Origin: Acidobacteriota bacterium
GTDB taxonomy: Bacteria > Acidobacteriota > UBA6911 > RPQK01 > CBDAPI01
DNA length: 64,000 bases
Direction of reading: 5' to 3'
Assembly (NCBI GenBank): GCA_965197285.1
Contig: OZ240092.1
Location: 3,947,337 to 4,011,336, forward strand
Position numbers and translations under genes: made by a program. Shown here one piece after another: positions 63,358-64,000 of this stretch. The notes under the pieces are model-generated. The model ran no database searches, was not told the origin of the DNA, and saw only the letters and a list, made by a program, of their open reading frames with translations. Numbering within the stretch: the first letter of the stretch is position 1; each line of letters opens with the position of its first letter.

Positions 63358-64000
63358 ATGGACTGTCCAGTCTGCGAGAACCCCGAGACACGACCATGCT
63401 ATCGGATGACGGACCGTTTTTTCGGGACTACAACCGAAGAGTTCACTCTCAACCGCTGTCCCAGTTGCGGTTTGTTGTTTCTCGAGGAATCTGCAGTTGA
63501 AAAGCAGCTCGGGACCTTCTATCCGCCCGGTTACTGGTGGTCCGAGCAGGGCCCTTCCGGAAAACTGGAGCGTCGCTACCGCGAGTGGATGGTGAGTTCC
63601 GACCAGCTGCGCTTCCTCAGCGGCGTTCTCCAGCCGTTGGGTGGGTTGCGATTACTCGACATCGGTTGTGGCAGCGGAACCTTTGTCAGGCTGGCCCGCC
63701 GGGCGGGAGTCGAGGCGATGGGCCTGGAGCTTTCCCGGGAGGCCGCGGCGATTGCCGAGAGGGAGGCGCCCGGAGCCGTCATGGAAGGCAGCGAGGAGGA
63801 GATTCTGGAACAGGGTCGAGTCTATGATGTGGTCACTCTTTTTCATTCTCTGGAGCACATGACGACGCCCTTTCGATTTCTCAAGAAACTTCGCCGGATC
63901 CTGAAGGAGGAGGGCAGTCTCATCGTCCAGGTCCCGAATGCCGGGAGCCTCCAGGCGCGCGTCTTTGGCTCTCGATGGTATGGCCTGGACTGCCCTCGCC
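63358..64000 (+). CDS. SAM-dependent methyltransferase with N-terminal Cys4 zinc ribbon, 3' partial (runs off window end)
   Basis: frame open from 63358 to the window end; CPVC...CPSCG ribbon; LLDIGCGSGTF motif I. Confidence 0.6.
   Translation, partial: MDCPVCENPETRPCYRMTDRFFGTTTEEFTLNRCPSCGLLFLEESAVEKQLGTFYPPGYWWSEQGPSGKLERRYREWMVSSDQLRFLSGVLQPLGGLRLLDIGCGSGTFVRLARRAGVEAMGLELSREAAAIAEREAPGAVMEGSEEEILEQGRVYDVVTLFHSLEHMTTPFRFLKKLRRILKEEGSLIVQVPNAGSLQARVFGSRWYGLDCPR

Noticed and set aside
1-64000. Search for tRNA, rRNA and CRISPR arrays
   Set aside because: No cloverleaf-compatible about 75-nt segments with GTTC/TΨC-like arms stood out in intergenic regions, there are no rRNA-like conserved blocks, and no regularly spaced direct repeats with unique spacers. 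The iteron triplet at 38690-38773 has 34-bp period but only three units and plasmid-origin context, so it is not a CRISPR array.

Overview
This is a high-GC (~62%) bacterial chromosomal segment with no rRNA, tRNA or CRISPR that I could recognise. Bases 1-31.5 kb are a contiguous, mostly intact housekeeping block. It holds an M1 peptidase (5' partial), an unusual AMP-ligase/ACP/acyltransferase fusion, glpQ-like, a quinone oxidoreductase, tag, an L-lactate permease, citrate synthase, trkA-trkH, a Cys/Met-family PLP enzyme, yacL-like-ispD-ispF, an IMPase, a B12-binding radical SAM enzyme, a GT-C membrane glycosyltransferase, a UPF0182 protein and a dicarboxylate/amino-acid symporter. Bases 31.5-53.7 kb are an IS-dense accessory island. 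It contains a VapBC module with a frameshifted antitoxin, an IS91-like remnant, a low-GC SAM methyltransferase, a leuD 3' remnant, an IS256-family element that splits a PIN-toxin gene, and two different IS1380-family elements. It also carries a plasmid replicon remnant (RepA C-terminus plus DnaA boxes and iterons), a ~4.2-kb very-GC-rich FN3/Ig-repeat adhesin gene broken by four homopolymer frameshifts, and two IS3-family copies, one of which carries a nested IS1380. The IS3 copies are embedded in an exopolysaccharide/glycan biosynthesis locus (46.9-63.3 kb). That locus has an ABC-2 permease, an O-antigen-ligase-TPR protein, GT4 and GT2 enzymes, a WbaP-like priming transferase, an epimerase, a GtrB-like (frameshifted) and a DPM1-like polyprenyl-phosphate sugar synthase, and a TMTC-like GT-C/TPR protein. 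Two small repeat families are scattered through the window: a GC-rich palindromic REP-like element at four loci, and an AT-rich inverted-repeat (MITE-like) element at three loci, one pair enclosing a four-helix-bundle (23S IVS protein) gene remnant.
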